Below the pieces are notes generated by a model that worked only from the letters and a program-made list of their open reading frames with translations, did no database searches and was not told the origin of the DNA. A stretch of DNA of 53,711 nucleotides from a virus. Taxonomy: Duplodnaviria; Caudoviricetes. The DNA is taken from IMG/VR virus record IMGVR_UViG_3300017734_000008, positions 1 to 53,711 of that record; one strand, given 5' to 3'. Below are positions 1-9,499 of this stretch, piece after piece. The position numbers and the translations under genes were made by a program. Within the stretch, counting starts at the first letter, position 1; every line of letters begins with the position of its first letter.

Positions 1-76
1 AGAACTTCGACAGCATGAATATAAATCAGGCACAAGTAATGAGTATCAAGACCAAACGTTAGGTTTTAGATTTAGA

Positions 77-355
77 ATGCCTTTGGGTGCTGTGTGTAGT
101 GATGAGTATATTGCAGAAATGCAGAAGAAAAGTAAAATAAAAACCCAACTTGAACTTATAAAAGAGTGTAAAAGAATACCTAATATTAGTCCTCCACCAG
201 TAGAATTTGCAGAGTTATTTAATATGTGTAATAAATTAGGAGTTGTTAAGTTTATTGACAAGAAACCAGAGGGTAGTCATTGGGAAAATTTAAAGATACA
301 ATATTTAAAAGATAATCCTGATGTTGTAATAATGGAACAGGCAATGCCAAAATGA
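77..355 (+). CDS. hypothetical protein, probably 5'-truncated by window edge
   Basis: ORF track; ATGA coupling to next gene. Confidence 0.6.
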   Translation: MPLGAVCSDEYIAEMQKKSKIKTQLELIKECKRIPNISPPPVEFAELFNMCNKLGVVKFIDKKPEGSHWENLKIQYLKDNPDVVIMEQAMPK

Positions 356-714
356 AATTAAATGAAGGAACAAAAGTAAGCACAGATCTTAAGACGATTT
401 TAGGGATTGTTGCAGGTGTAGCATTAGGTGTGTTAGGTTATACAGAACTCACTGGGAGATTAGTATCGTTGGAGACTTCACGTGAACTGATGCAAGCTGA
501 TTTACTCAAGGCTTCAGATCAAAAGCCAGTGGATCAAGAACAGCTGATGTTGTTGGAGGATCTTTATAAGACCACCGAGAAGATAGAAAAAAGAATTGAA
601 GATATGATGCATAATAAAGTCAACATACAATTCTTACAAAAACAGATGGAAAAAGCTTTAACAGATATAGAAGTATTAAAAGATAAGGTAAGAGCAAATG
701 GAAAGAGTCACTAA
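352..714 (+). CDS. N-terminal TM + coiled-coil membrane protein
   Basis: Hydrophobic ILGIVAGVALGVLGY followed by heptad-like helix. Confidence 0.7.
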   Translation: MKLNEGTKVSTDLKTILGIVAGVALGVLGYTELTGRLVSLETSRELMQADLLKASDQKPVDQEQLMLLEDLYKTTEKIEKRIEDMMHNKVNIQFLQKQMEKALTDIEVLKDKVRANGKSH

Positions 715-865
715 AAAAATTTTAGATTATATCTCTGATCAAGAGAAAAAAGCAAAGCAAATGAGCTATGTAAAAGATCTCAAAAAAGAAGTAGAGATCA
801 ATGGCACAGGCACACATAAGTATAGAATTAAATACGGACCAAACAGAGGTAAAGTAGTAAGATGA
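698..865 (+). CDS. small hypothetical protein (55 aa, MERVTKK...GKVVR), not in ORF track
   Basis: Hand translation; fills the gap, ATGA overlap with 862. Confidence 0.7.
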   Translation: MERVTKKILDYISDQEKKAKQMSYVKDLKKEVEINGTGTHKYRIKYGPNRGKVVR

Positions 866-1074
866 TAGAGCACATTGTAGCCCTTTTAATGTTTGTAGGA
901 CCTGATATCAAAGAGCATCGTATTCAGGAGTCTATGTCCGTTTGTTTGAAGCACCGTAGAGAAGCTACTCGACTACCAAAAGAAAACATACAATATAAAT
1001 GTATTAAATCTAAAGCAGAACTTGAAAAAAATATTGATGGATCTTACTCCATAAAATCGTTAATATTAGAGTAA
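862..1074 (+). CDS. small hypothetical protein with hydrophobic N-terminus and two Cys
   Basis: ORF track; coupled at both ends. Confidence 0.7.
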   Translation: MIEHIVALLMFVGPDIKEHRIQESMSVCLKHRREATRLPKENIQYKCIKSKAELEKNIDGSYSIKSLILE

Positions 1075-1130
1075 TGGAAATAATTTGTTACGTGTTTATT
1101 ATATTGTGGATAATGGGAGTATCTGAATAA
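1074..1130 (+). CDS. 18-aa hydrophobic micropeptide MEIICYVFIILWIMGVSE
   Basis: TAATG coupling at both ends. Confidence 0.5.
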   Translation: MEIICYVFIILWIMGVSE

Positions 1131-1213
1131 TGGAGCCATTTATACCCATCAATACTATTATAGCTTTTATTTTACTTTGTGTGGTAATATGGTATGGATT
1201 AAATGATAAATGA
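1130..1213 (+). CDS. 27-aa single-TM micropeptide MEPFIPINTIIAFILLCVVIWYGLNDK
   Basis: TAATG upstream, ATGA overlap with 1210. Confidence 0.55.
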   Translation: MEPFIPINTIIAFILLCVVIWYGLNDK

Positions 1214-1857
1214 GCTACTTAAACGCAAACATACCTGTGGAATATGCACAGATAAGAAGGGAGTATCTTTATGATCTTAAAAAACATCATGGAGAAGTTG
1301 AAGACTGCATTATCTTCGGTATATCAGCTATTACGGGGCGTAGTCCTCTTTTTCATTGTATTATGGAAAATGGAGCTGTCTTCTACCGTTTACCAATATC
1401 TGCATTCATTCAAAGAGGCTTTAAACCGAATGATGTTCCTAAACGTAGGCTTGATGAGTTGGTTCTATGGAACTGTTTTAGTTATTATCCTGCTGTTCAT
1501 TCTTGGGACATTTTAGAATCACAAGCTGGTAAATACATCGGTAAAGATAAAAAATGGCATCATGGTAAATATTTATTTACAATTGATTTTGCTCATCCTG
1601 ATCCAAACATTCTAGATACTGATCATTCTGAAATACCACACGAACATAAGTGTGCACATGTATTGGCATTAGATGACGGTAACTATGCAGCACAACCTAA
1701 CAATAGATTAATTTGGGATATTCCATCTTTTACTGTAAAAGATAATATTCCAGATTGGAAAGTACAAACAAATGAATGGAATGTTGAGGATACGAGTAAA
1801 TGGAGAACTGAAGACACAGATAAATTCTTTTATGAAATAGAAGAAAAGAAAAAATGA
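1210..1857 (+). CDS. conserved marine-phage hypothetical protein (His-rich EHKCAH, AQPNNR)
   Basis: 215-aa ORF; family recognised from marine phages, function unknown. Confidence 0.8.
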   Translation: MSYLNANIPVEYAQIRREYLYDLKKHHGEVEDCIIFGISAITGRSPLFHCIMENGAVFYRLPISAFIQRGFKPNDVPKRRLDELVLWNCFSYYPAVHSWDILESQAGKYIGKDKKWHHGKYLFTIDFAHPDPNILDTDHSEIPHEHKCAHVLALDDGNYAAQPNNRLIWDIPSFTVKDNIPDWKVQTNEWNVEDTSKWRTEDTDKFFYEIEEKKK

Positions 1858-2375
1858 AAATTAAAACATTAGTAAAGAGTAAAATAGAACAAGACTATCT
1901 CTTTGTAGAATCAATAATTGAAACAGATGTAGACTATTTAAAGAAAAAAATAGATATGTTAGTTTCTAATAGCAACAATCCCATAGGAAGCATAAGAGGA
2001 TTGAGCACTGATTGGAAAGCTTTCTGCGATGATGAAATCTTTCTAAGATCTTTGTTTCCTTTATTTGATTATTTAGAAAATAAAATAAAAGCCAAACCTT
2101 TTATGTTGACAGAAGCATGGGGTCTTAAAGAGGGACTAGGTGGTTTTACTGCTGCACACGATCATTTTCCTGCATATTTATCAGGAGTATTATACTTAAA
2201 CGACCATGAACAATTATTAAATTTTCCTGAAATAGATAGACAAGTTCAACCAGCTGCTGGTAAACTAGTTCTATTCTCAGGATTTTTAAAACATTATTGT
2301 GATAGAATTACTGAAAATAAATTTAAGTACGCTATATCTTTTAATTTTAGCGTTCAAACCGATGGAGGTAAATAA
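1854..2375 (+). CDS. putative 2OG-Fe(II) oxygenase (TIGR02466-like)
   Basis: HDH...SGVLYL...LFSGFLKH...ISFN. Confidence 0.75.
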   Translation: MKIKTLVKSKIEQDYLFVESIIETDVDYLKKKIDMLVSNSNNPIGSIRGLSTDWKAFCDDEIFLRSLFPLFDYLENKIKAKPFMLTEAWGLKEGLGGFTAAHDHFPAYLSGVLYLNDHEQLLNFPEIDRQVQPAAGKLVLFSGFLKHYCDRITENKFKYAISFNFSVQTDGGK

Positions 2376-2378
2376 ATT

Positions 2379-2852
2379 ATGAAGCTAACAGCTAACATAA
2401 CCTTAGACGAGCTTACCAAAAGCCAAATAGCAGAGCGTAAGGGAATAAATAACAATCCTAACCCTGCACAGATAGAAAATTTAAAAGCATTAGCTACAAA
2501 CATATTGCAACCAGTGAGATCTCATTTTGATAAACCATTAATTATATCATCAGGATTCCGTTGTGCCCAGCTGTGCATAGAAATAGGTAGCGTACCCACC
2601 AGTCAGCACGTGGCAGATGACAATGCAGCCGCAGCAGACTTTGAGATACCTGGTGTAGATAATAGAGAGCTAGCTCTTTGGATTAAATCAGAACTAGACT
2701 ATGATCAACTTATATTAGAATTTTACAAAGATAACGAACCTACGTCTGGCTGGATTCACTGTAGTTATTCTACAGATCGCAATAGAAGTCAATCATTACG
2801 AGCTCAAAGAGTTGATGGTAAAGTATCTTATACTCCTTGGTTAGAGGGATAA
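2379..2852 (+). CDS. peptidase M15 (D-Ala-D-Ala carboxypeptidase-like), probable endolysin
   Basis: SSGFRC...SQH...AADF...WIH Zn-ligand motifs. Confidence 0.9.
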   Translation: MKLTANITLDELTKSQIAERKGINNNPNPAQIENLKALATNILQPVRSHFDKPLIISSGFRCAQLCIEIGSVPTSQHVADDNAAAADFEIPGVDNRELALWIKSELDYDQLILEFYKDNEPTSGWIHCSYSTDRNRSQSLRAQRVDGKVSYTPWLEG

Positions 2853-3394
2853 TGTTTCCTTTAAACAAAGTTGAAGTAATTGATAATATTTTGACTCAAA
2901 GCTCAAATGTTGATTTAATTACTTATCTTATCAAACAAAATAATTGGGGATTCACTGAGGAAAAACCTTACGATGCCTTAGAAGGAGCTAATCATTTATT
3001 TGATTGTTTTACAAAAAATAAATCTTTTGGTTTATCTTGTCCAACTTTATTGAATAATAAACAGGTAACCGAAACACCTTTAAACATTTACGCAAAAATT
3101 ATTTTGGATACTGTAATGGAAAAAATAAATTTAAAATATAAAAGTATTTTTAGATTCTATTGGAACTATTATTTTCCAGGTAATAGTGCAGTTGAACACA
3201 TAGATCACTCAAACTTCGATCATATTTCAATAATATATAACCCACATACAAGTGAGGGCGGTACTAAAATCGATGGGAAATTTTATCCAGACGTAATGGG
3301 ACAAGCAAAAGTTTTTAATAGTGCAACGTTACATCAAGGTATTATTCAAGAAAAAGGGTATAGATTTAATTTGAATATTATAGTAAAATTATAA
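2852..3394 (+). CDS. putative 2OG-Fe(II) oxygenase
   Basis: HID...GGT...H...R(F)NLN; ATG start by TAATG coupling. Confidence 0.7.
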   Translation: MFPLNKVEVIDNILTQSSNVDLITYLIKQNNWGFTEEKPYDALEGANHLFDCFTKNKSFGLSCPTLLNNKQVTETPLNIYAKIILDTVMEKINLKYKSIFRFYWNYYFPGNSAVEHIDHSNFDHISIIYNPHTSEGGTKIDGKFYPDVMGQAKVFNSATLHQGIIQEKGYRFNLNIIVKL

Positions 3395-3395
3395 T

Positions 3396-3767
3396 ATGCC
3401 AATAGGAAGATCACAGATACCAAAACAAATTGAAGGAAAGTTAAGAGGTGCTCGTGACGAAAAAAGAAAAGTCAAATTATATTCAAACGGTGGAAATCCT
3501 AGAGTAGGCACAGGTAAAAAACCTAAGGGTTCGGGTAGAAGACTTTATACAGATGAAAACCCAAGAGATACTGTTCGTATAAAGTTTACCACACCATCTG
3601 ATGCTAGAGCCACGGTAAAAAAAGTTAAAAATATCAATAAACCATTTGCTAGAAAAATACAGATATTAACTGTTATGGAGCAACGTGCTAAAGTAATGGG
3701 AAAAAGACAGGTGGTTAATATTGCAAACCAAGCCAAAAAACAAATTCGCAAAACTCGTAAGGTCTAG
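3396..3767 (+). CDS. basic hypothetical protein with YSNGG motif
   Basis: K/R-rich; GSGRRLYTDENP block. Confidence 0.75.
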   Translation: MPIGRSQIPKQIEGKLRGARDEKRKVKLYSNGGNPRVGTGKKPKGSGRRLYTDENPRDTVRIKFTTPSDARATVKKVKNINKPFARKIQILTVMEQRAKVMGKRQVVNIANQAKKQIRKTRKV

Positions 3768-3867
3768 AACATTTCGACCGAAAGTGATACAATCCAAGAA
3801 GTTGTACAACCGTAAAAAGGAGAAGAATGTCTCTTCCAATGCGGCCGCACAAGAAAATAAGGAGTAA
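3721..3867 (+). CDS. ArfA-like small basic protein (48 aa), not in ORF track
   Basis: TTG start after AGGTGG; NKFAKLVRSRTFRPKVIQSKKLYNRKK. Confidence 0.55.
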   Translation: MQTKPKNKFAKLVRSRTFRPKVIQSKKLYNRKKEKNVSSNAAAQENKE

Positions 3868-3869
3868 AA

Positions 3870-4253
3870 ATGACAAAACTTTGTCCGAGAGGGAAAGCAG
3901 CAGCAAAGCGAAAATTCGCTGTGTATCCCTCAGCATATGCTAACGCCTACGCATCTAAAATCTGCGCTGGAAAAATTAAAGATCCATCTGGTGTAAAAAG
4001 AAAAGATTTTAAAGGACCTAAACCTGCTATGAAAGGTGGCATGATGAAATATGCTAAGGGGGATCAGGTTAAAGTAAATAAAGTTGCTGGAGCTTTAAGA
4101 AAAGCATCTAAGTTACATGCTGCGCAAGCAAAAGTTTTAAGCACAGTAAAAGCAAGTGAAGGAAAATATATTGGTTCATACATAAAAAGTGAAATAGATG
4201 GTAAAAAAATTTCTAATAAGTCTTATGAGTCTTATTACAAAGGTATGATCTAA
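3870..4253 (+). CDS. basic hypothetical protein (YPSAYAN family) with xxxGG motifs
   Basis: SD AAGGAG; AMKGG, YAKGD. Confidence 0.8.
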   Translation: MTKLCPRGKAAAKRKFAVYPSAYANAYASKICAGKIKDPSGVKRKDFKGPKPAMKGGMMKYAKGDQVKVNKVAGALRKASKLHAAQAKVLSTVKASEGKYIGSYIKSEIDGKKISNKSYESYYKGMI

Positions 4254-4834
4254 TGGCTAGAGGAACTTGCTGGGTAGGATACGAACAAAAAGGAATGAAG
4301 AAAAAAGGAAATAAAATGGTTCCAAATTGTGTTCCAGCAGGAATGAAAAAAGGTGGTTTAAAAGATTGGTTTGCTCAGAAGTGGGTAGACATAGGATCAA
4401 AGAAAAAAGGTGGGGGATTTAGAGAATGTGGAAGAAAATCTGCGAGTTCATCAAAACGAAAATATCCAAAGTGCGTGCCTGCTGCAAAAGCAGCAAGCAT
4501 GACAGACTCTCAAAGGAGGAGTGCCGTTGTAAGAAAAAGAGCTAAGGCACAAGGTGTAGGTGGTAAACCTACTAATGTAAAAACAATTTTGAAAAGAGAT
4601 GTTGGTGGAACTATAAAAATACCAAGTTATAAAAAAGGAAAATTTGGATTTAATTTATTTGAAGTTTCAAATTTACAAATAGACCCTAATTTAGCAAATT
4701 TAGAAAAAAATATTAGGAAGTCAAAAGCAAAAATTAATCCTGAATTAAATTACGGTACAATTTATAAAAAGGGAGAGTTGAATATAGGTATTAACAAAGA
4801 TAGACTAAGAATAGGATTTAAAAAGAGGTTTTAA
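4253..4834 (+). CDS. basic multi-module hypothetical protein (CWxGY...VPNCVP; WVDI...YPKCVP)
   Basis: Modules separated by MKKGG and RDVGG. Confidence 0.8.
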   Translation: MARGTCWVGYEQKGMKKKGNKMVPNCVPAGMKKGGLKDWFAQKWVDIGSKKKGGGFRECGRKSASSSKRKYPKCVPAAKAASMTDSQRRSAVVRKRAKAQGVGGKPTNVKTILKRDVGGTIKIPSYKKGKFGFNLFEVSNLQIDPNLANLEKNIRKSKAKINPELNYGTIYKKGELNIGINKDRLRIGFKKRF

Positions 4835-4836
4835 TT

Positions 4837-5535
4837 ATGGCAACATCAGGATCAACATCATTTAATTTAAACATTGACGAGGTAATAGACGAAGGATACG
4901 AAAGATGTGGTTTAAGACCAATGGCTGGTTATGATTTGAAAACAGCAAGAAGATCTTTAAATTTATTATTTGCTGATTGGGGTAATAGAGGTATTCATCT
5001 TTGGAAAGTTGAATTAAATGAACAAGCACTTACTGCTGGAACCGCAACATACACAGTTGCTGCAAATGTAAATGATGTCTTAGAAGCTTACATTTCTACT
5101 ACGGCTGCTGCAGGTGATAATGCTAATACGCAAGATGTAGCCCTTACAAAAATAGATAGATCTGCTTATTCAGCTTTGCCAAATAAATTAGCTACAGGTC
5201 AACCCTCACAGTATTATGTAGATAGACAAACAACTCCAAAAATTAGTTTGTATGTGGCACCCGATGCTTCAACTTACACGACATTAAAATTTTACACTAT
5301 TAACAGAATTGAAGATGCTACAGCTTATAATGATCAACAAGCAGACGTAGCATATAGATTTTTACCGTGTATGTGTGCAGGTCTTGCTTATTACTTAGCT
5401 ATGAAAAAAGCACCTGAGAGAATACAACCTATGAAATTAATTTACGAAGATGAATTGAAGAGGGCTTTGGAAGAAGATGGACAGAGAACATCATTGTATG
5501 TATCTCCACAATCGTACTATCCAAATTTATCATAA
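4837..5535 (+). CDS. virion structural protein, head-tail adaptor-like
   Basis: Position in structural operon; ARRSLNLL..W.NRG family. Confidence 0.65.
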   Translation: MATSGSTSFNLNIDEVIDEGYERCGLRPMAGYDLKTARRSLNLLFADWGNRGIHLWKVELNEQALTAGTATYTVAANVNDVLEAYISTTAAAGDNANTQDVALTKIDRSAYSALPNKLATGQPSQYYVDRQTTPKISLYVAPDASTYTTLKFYTINRIEDATAYNDQQADVAYRFLPCMCAGLAYYLAMKKAPERIQPMKLIYEDELKRALEEDGQRTSLYVSPQSYYPNLS

Positions 5536-5975
5536 TGGCTAAATACGCAAACGGCACTAGATCACAAGCAATATCTGATAGAAGTGGACAAGCCTTCCCA
5601 TATCAAGAAATGGTAACTGAGTGGAACGGATCTTTTGTTCATATTTCTGAATTTGAATCAAAACACCCTCAGATAAGAAGGAAAAGGGTTACCGCTGATG
5701 CAATTGCTTTACAAAAAGTTAGACCTATGAGATTTCAACAACCTAAAACTGTAGCTTCTAACGATGTTACATTAGCTGATTCAGGAGGTACTTCAGTTGG
5801 TGTAGCTAACTTAACTTTACCTGGAGACTTTGCTTTTGAAACTTTTGAAACTGAAGTTACAAGTAACGGAATTACAACAAGTTTACAAACAATGACACCA
5901 AGAGATCCATCTTTACAAAACAGAAGAAGAGAAGCTTCTTCTAGAGTAGGGTCTGTAACAGTGAGCATATCATAA
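5535..5975 (+). CDS. conserved hypothetical virion-module protein
   Basis: AISDRSG...EWNG...E.KHPQ; TAATG coupling. Confidence 0.75.
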   Translation: MAKYANGTRSQAISDRSGQAFPYQEMVTEWNGSFVHISEFESKHPQIRRKRVTADAIALQKVRPMRFQQPKTVASNDVTLADSGGTSVGVANLTLPGDFAFETFETEVTSNGITTSLQTMTPRDPSLQNRRREASSRVGSVTVSIS

Positions 5976-6628
5976 TGGCAATCACATATACAAATTTTTT
6001 AACTCAAGTAAGAAACTACACTGAAGTGGATAGTAATGTTCTAAGTGATACATTATTAGATCAGTTCATAAGAAATACAGAGTTAGATATAGCTGGTCAG
6101 GTAGATTACGATGATTTAAGAAAATACGCAACTTCAAATACAACAAACGGTAACAGATATGTTTCTATGCCTAGTGATGCTTTAATATTAAGATCTGTTC
6201 AAGTTATTAATTCTAATGTTAGAGACTTTTTGGAAAAAAGAGATACTAGCTTCATATCTGAGTTTTCCCCAAATGACACGGTAACAGGGACCCCAAAATA
6301 TTATGCTAACTGGGATGAGACTAATATTCTATTGGCTCCTACGCCTAATGCAGCCTTTCAAATACAAATAAACTATATAAAAGATCCTCCGCATTTCGAC
6401 AGTTCAACAAATACTTATTTATCAGAACACCAAGAAGCTATGCTCCTTTATGGAGTTTTACGAGAGTGTTTTGGATTTTTAAAGGGACCTGAAGATCTAT
6501 ACAAACTCTCTTCTGACAGGTATAATCAAAGCATACAAGCTTTTGGTCTACAGCAAATGGGTAGACGAAGAAGAGGAGAGTACGACAGTGGAGTTCCTCG
6601 AATAAAAATACCTTCACCGTCACCATAA
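5975..6628 (+). CDS. head-tail adaptor (P22 gp4 / T7 gp11-like)
   Basis: TYT.L...G.PKYY..LAPTP...LLYG.L.E pattern. Confidence 0.7.
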   Translation: MAITYTNFLTQVRNYTEVDSNVLSDTLLDQFIRNTELDIAGQVDYDDLRKYATSNTTNGNRYVSMPSDALILRSVQVINSNVRDFLEKRDTSFISEFSPNDTVTGTPKYYANWDETNILLAPTPNAAFQIQINYIKDPPHFDSSTNTYLSEHQEAMLLYGVLRECFGFLKGPEDLYKLSSDRYNQSIQAFGLQQMGRRRRGEYDSGVPRIKIPSPSP

Positions 6629-6647
6629 ATTTAATTAAGGAGAAAAA

Positions 6648-7085
6648 ATGGCAATAACAACTAACGCAATTTGTAATTCTTTTAAAAAAGAATTATTAGA
6701 AGCAACTCACAATTTTAGTAACCCAGGTGGTAACTCATTTAAACTATCAATGTACACTAACTCGGCTACTTTAGGAAAATCGACAACATCTTTTACAACG
6801 GGTAACGAAGTATCTTCACCATCAGGTGGATACTCTTCAGGTGGTAAAGCACTTGTAAACACAGGAACGTCTTTAGCTACTAACACAGCTATTACAGACT
6901 TTGCTGATTTATCTTTTGTGGGAGTAACTTTGACAGCAAGAGGAGCTTTAATTTACAACGACACTAACGCTGATAAAGCTGTGGCTGTTTTGGATTTTGG
7001 CGGTGACAAAACTGCAACTGCAGGAACTTTTACTATTCAGTTTCCAGCATTTACAACGAGTGCAGCAATATTGAGAATCGCATAA
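6648..7085 (+). CDS. structural protein (tail or baseplate-associated)
   Basis: SFKKELL...ARGALIYN...VLDFG.DKT; SD AAGGAG. Confidence 0.7.
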   Translation: MAITTNAICNSFKKELLEATHNFSNPGGNSFKLSMYTNSATLGKSTTSFTTGNEVSSPSGGYSSGGKALVNTGTSLATNTAITDFADLSFVGVTLTARGALIYNDTNADKAVAVLDFGGDKTATAGTFTIQFPAFTTSAAILRIA

Positions 7086-7091
7086 TTTAAA

Positions 7092-7145
7092 GGAGGTACC
7101 TGCTATGGTTAACATTACTAATTTGTTTTCTATAGCGGGTATTCC
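7092..7145 (+). promoter_or_regulatory. RNA hairpin sequestering AGGAGG and ATG(7105) of a 20-aa uORF
   Basis: GGTACCTGCTATGG pairs with CTATAGCGGGTATT using G-U pairs valid on + strand. Confidence 0.55.
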
Positions 7146-7159
7146 GTTTGGAGTTCTTC

Positions 7160-8053
7160 ATGGCTAATACATGGGGAGCACTGACATGGGGACAAGGTAA
7201 CTGGGGCGATGCATCAAGCACCACAGTTCAACTTACAGGACTTTCAGTAACATCATCGGTAGGAGAAGAAGCATTTGCTGGAGCAGGTGAAGGTTGGGGT
7301 AGACCTGCTTGGGGATCTGGATCATGGGGAATAACAGGTGATGTACTTGCACAAGGTCAAGGGTTAACTTCTGCAATTGGCTCAGTAACCGCTGAAGGTT
7401 TAGTAGAAATTGGTTGGGGCCGAGGCGGTTGGGGTAACCGAGCTTGGGGTGATACATTCTCAGCACAAGCTACTGGTCAGACATTGACATCATCTATTAA
7501 TGCTGTAAGTCCTAAAACAGACGTATCTGTTTCTGTTTCGGGATTAGATTTATTAACTATAACTCAAGGTTTAAATTCAATACAAATAGATTCAAGTATT
7601 TTTGTCTTTGTTGGTGAAGATGCAATGACTCTTTCACAAGGTTCACAAAGTTTAGTACAGTCTACTGTTGAATCACCAGCTACCGCTGGTTTATTACAAA
7701 CTGGAATTGGTAACACTGTTGCAGGATTAAAGATAGGTGTAGATGTAACAGGAATACAAGCAACCTTAACATTAGGATCTATAAGTTTACAGCAAAGCAC
7801 ATTTGAACCAGTTTCTGGTCAGGCAGCTGCCTTAAGCTTAGGTACGCCTGCTGAGATACCTGGACAATTAGTGGGAATTACTGGATTTAATTTAACAAGT
7901 GCTATTGGTTCTACAACATCCACAGGAACTGCAAACATACCGTTAACTGGTATAGGGTTGACAGCAAATATTGGTTCAGCTAATGTAACTGCATGGGCAG
8001 AAATTGATCCTGGTGTAAATAATGTTTGGACCGAGGTTGATCGAGCCGCTTAA
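7160..8053 (+). CDS. Gly/Thr/Ser-rich structural protein with WG repeats
   Basis: Three WGxxxWGxxxWG blocks; GGAG SD before ATG 7160. Confidence 0.75.
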   Translation: MANTWGALTWGQGNWGDASSTTVQLTGLSVTSSVGEEAFAGAGEGWGRPAWGSGSWGITGDVLAQGQGLTSAIGSVTAEGLVEIGWGRGGWGNRAWGDTFSAQATGQTLTSSINAVSPKTDVSVSVSGLDLLTITQGLNSIQIDSSIFVFVGEDAMTLSQGSQSLVQSTVESPATAGLLQTGIGNTVAGLKIGVDVTGIQATLTLGSISLQQSTFEPVSGQAAALSLGTPAEIPGQLVGITGFNLTSAIGSTTSTGTANIPLTGIGLTANIGSANVTAWAEIDPGVNNVWTEVDRAA

Positions 8054-8074
8054 TTTTGTTAAAATAAGGATATT

Positions 8075-9499
8075 ATGTCAGCTTATTCTACAGATCTAAA
8101 ACTCGAATTAATGGTAACTGGCCAAAACGCTGGTACTTGGGGTGATAAAACAAACACAAATTTAAATTTAGTTCAACAAGCTATTGCAGGTTTTGAACAA
8201 GTTACATTATCAAGCGGTGGAACTTTAGCATTGGTAATGAGTAATGCTACTTTATCGAACGCAAGAAATATGGTAATTAAATTTGCTACTGCATCTATTG
8301 CATCTAGCACAGTTTGTACGATACCTGATGGCATAGAAAAATATTATATTTTTGATTGCACAGGTTTAACTAATCCAACTAACTTAACAATTAAAACTGC
8401 TTCAGGAACAGGTTTTTCTCCTGACAGAGCAGCGATATTTGGTGCTTACGCAGACGGCACAAATTTAAAAGAAATTTCTTTAGACACTATGGGCGGAACT
8501 ATAGCTGCAGCTCAAATTGCATCTGATGCTGTAACAACTGCAAAAATTTTACAATCAAACGTTACACAAAATAAAATGGCAACAAACTCTGTAGGAACTG
8601 CACAAATTCTACAGTCAAACGTAACTACAGCTAAACTTGCAGCAAACTCTGTAACATCAAATCAAATTACACAATCAAACGTAACCTTAACAAAAATGGC
8701 AGCCAACTCCGTTGGACCAAGCCAATTACAATCTACAGCAGTAACAGCAGGATCATATACACTTGCTTCAATTACAGTTGATGAGGACGGAAGATTAACC
8801 GCAGCGTCAACAGGAACTGCAGGTGGAGGAAATATGAGACTTACTACAATGATTACTAGTAACGATCAAATAACACCCTCACCACTTTTAGTAGACACTA
8901 CGAACGGAAAGTCGGGCACATTTACTGCAAATCCAAACAGTTCTAAAATTCATTTATACGCAAGAGGCGGTGGAGGAGGCCGAGGACCGAATCAATCTAA
9001 CCCTGGTCCAGCAAACACAAGAGGAGGACACGGTGGATTTGGTTTATTTGTAATTCCAATTTCACAACCGTACTCTGTGCCTTTTTCTATTGGTGCCATC
9101 CCAGTACAACCTATGGGACCTACACAACCATTTACAAACGGTAACCCAGTTGTTTGGAACACAAACATCATTTGCACAGGTGGTCAATCAGGAAGATCGG
9201 GTGGTTCACCAGGACCAGGTGCTCCAGGCAGAGCAAACACTGGACCCGTAGATCCAGATTATGATTTTTCTACAAAACCTGATGGCAATACAGCTGCAAA
9301 TAGTGACGGAGTTGGATATTTTATGATGAAATTTCCAATGACAAATTCTCCTGATAACAGCTATGCGTACTTTCCTACAGTTAATAACGCATCAGCAGCT
9401 TTGATACCTGGTGAAGCACAAGAAATTGGAGGTGGTGCAGGGCAAACGCAAAATACTGGTTCACTTGGCGGTTTTATGATATTTGAGGATATAGGATAA
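8075..9499 (+). CDS. tail fibre / receptor-binding protein
   Basis: N-terminal G.NAGTWG..TN.N, 10-aa shaft repeats, ITVDEDGRLT, Gly/Pro-rich tip. Confidence 0.75.
   Translation: MSAYSTDLKLELMVTGQNAGTWGDKTNTNLNLVQQAIAGFEQVTLSSGGTLALVMSNATLSNARNMVIKFATASIASSTVCTIPDGIEKYYIFDCTGLTNPTNLTIKTASGTGFSPDRAAIFGAYADGTNLKEISLDTMGGTIAAAQIASDAVTTAKILQSNVTQNKMATNSVGTAQILQSNVTTAKLAANSVTSNQITQSNVTLTKMAANSVGPSQLQSTAVTAGSYTLASITVDEDGRLTAASTGTAGGGNMRLTTMITSNDQITPSPLLVDTTNGKSGTFTANPNSSKIHLYARGGGGGRGPNQSNPGPANTRGGHGGFGLFVIPISQPYSVPFSIGAIPVQPMGPTQPFTNGNPVVWNTNIICTGGQSGRSGGSPGPGAPGRANTGPVDPDYDFSTKPDGNTAANSDGVGYFMMKFPMTNSPDNSYAYFPTVNNASAALIPGEAQEIGGGAGQTQNTGSLGGFMIFEDIG
8515..8730 (+). repeat. coding tandem repeat, 10-aa units with 20-aa (60-bp) period
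   Basis: ILQSNVT / ILQSNVT / ITQSNVT; TCAAACGT recurring every 60 bp. Confidence 0.8.
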
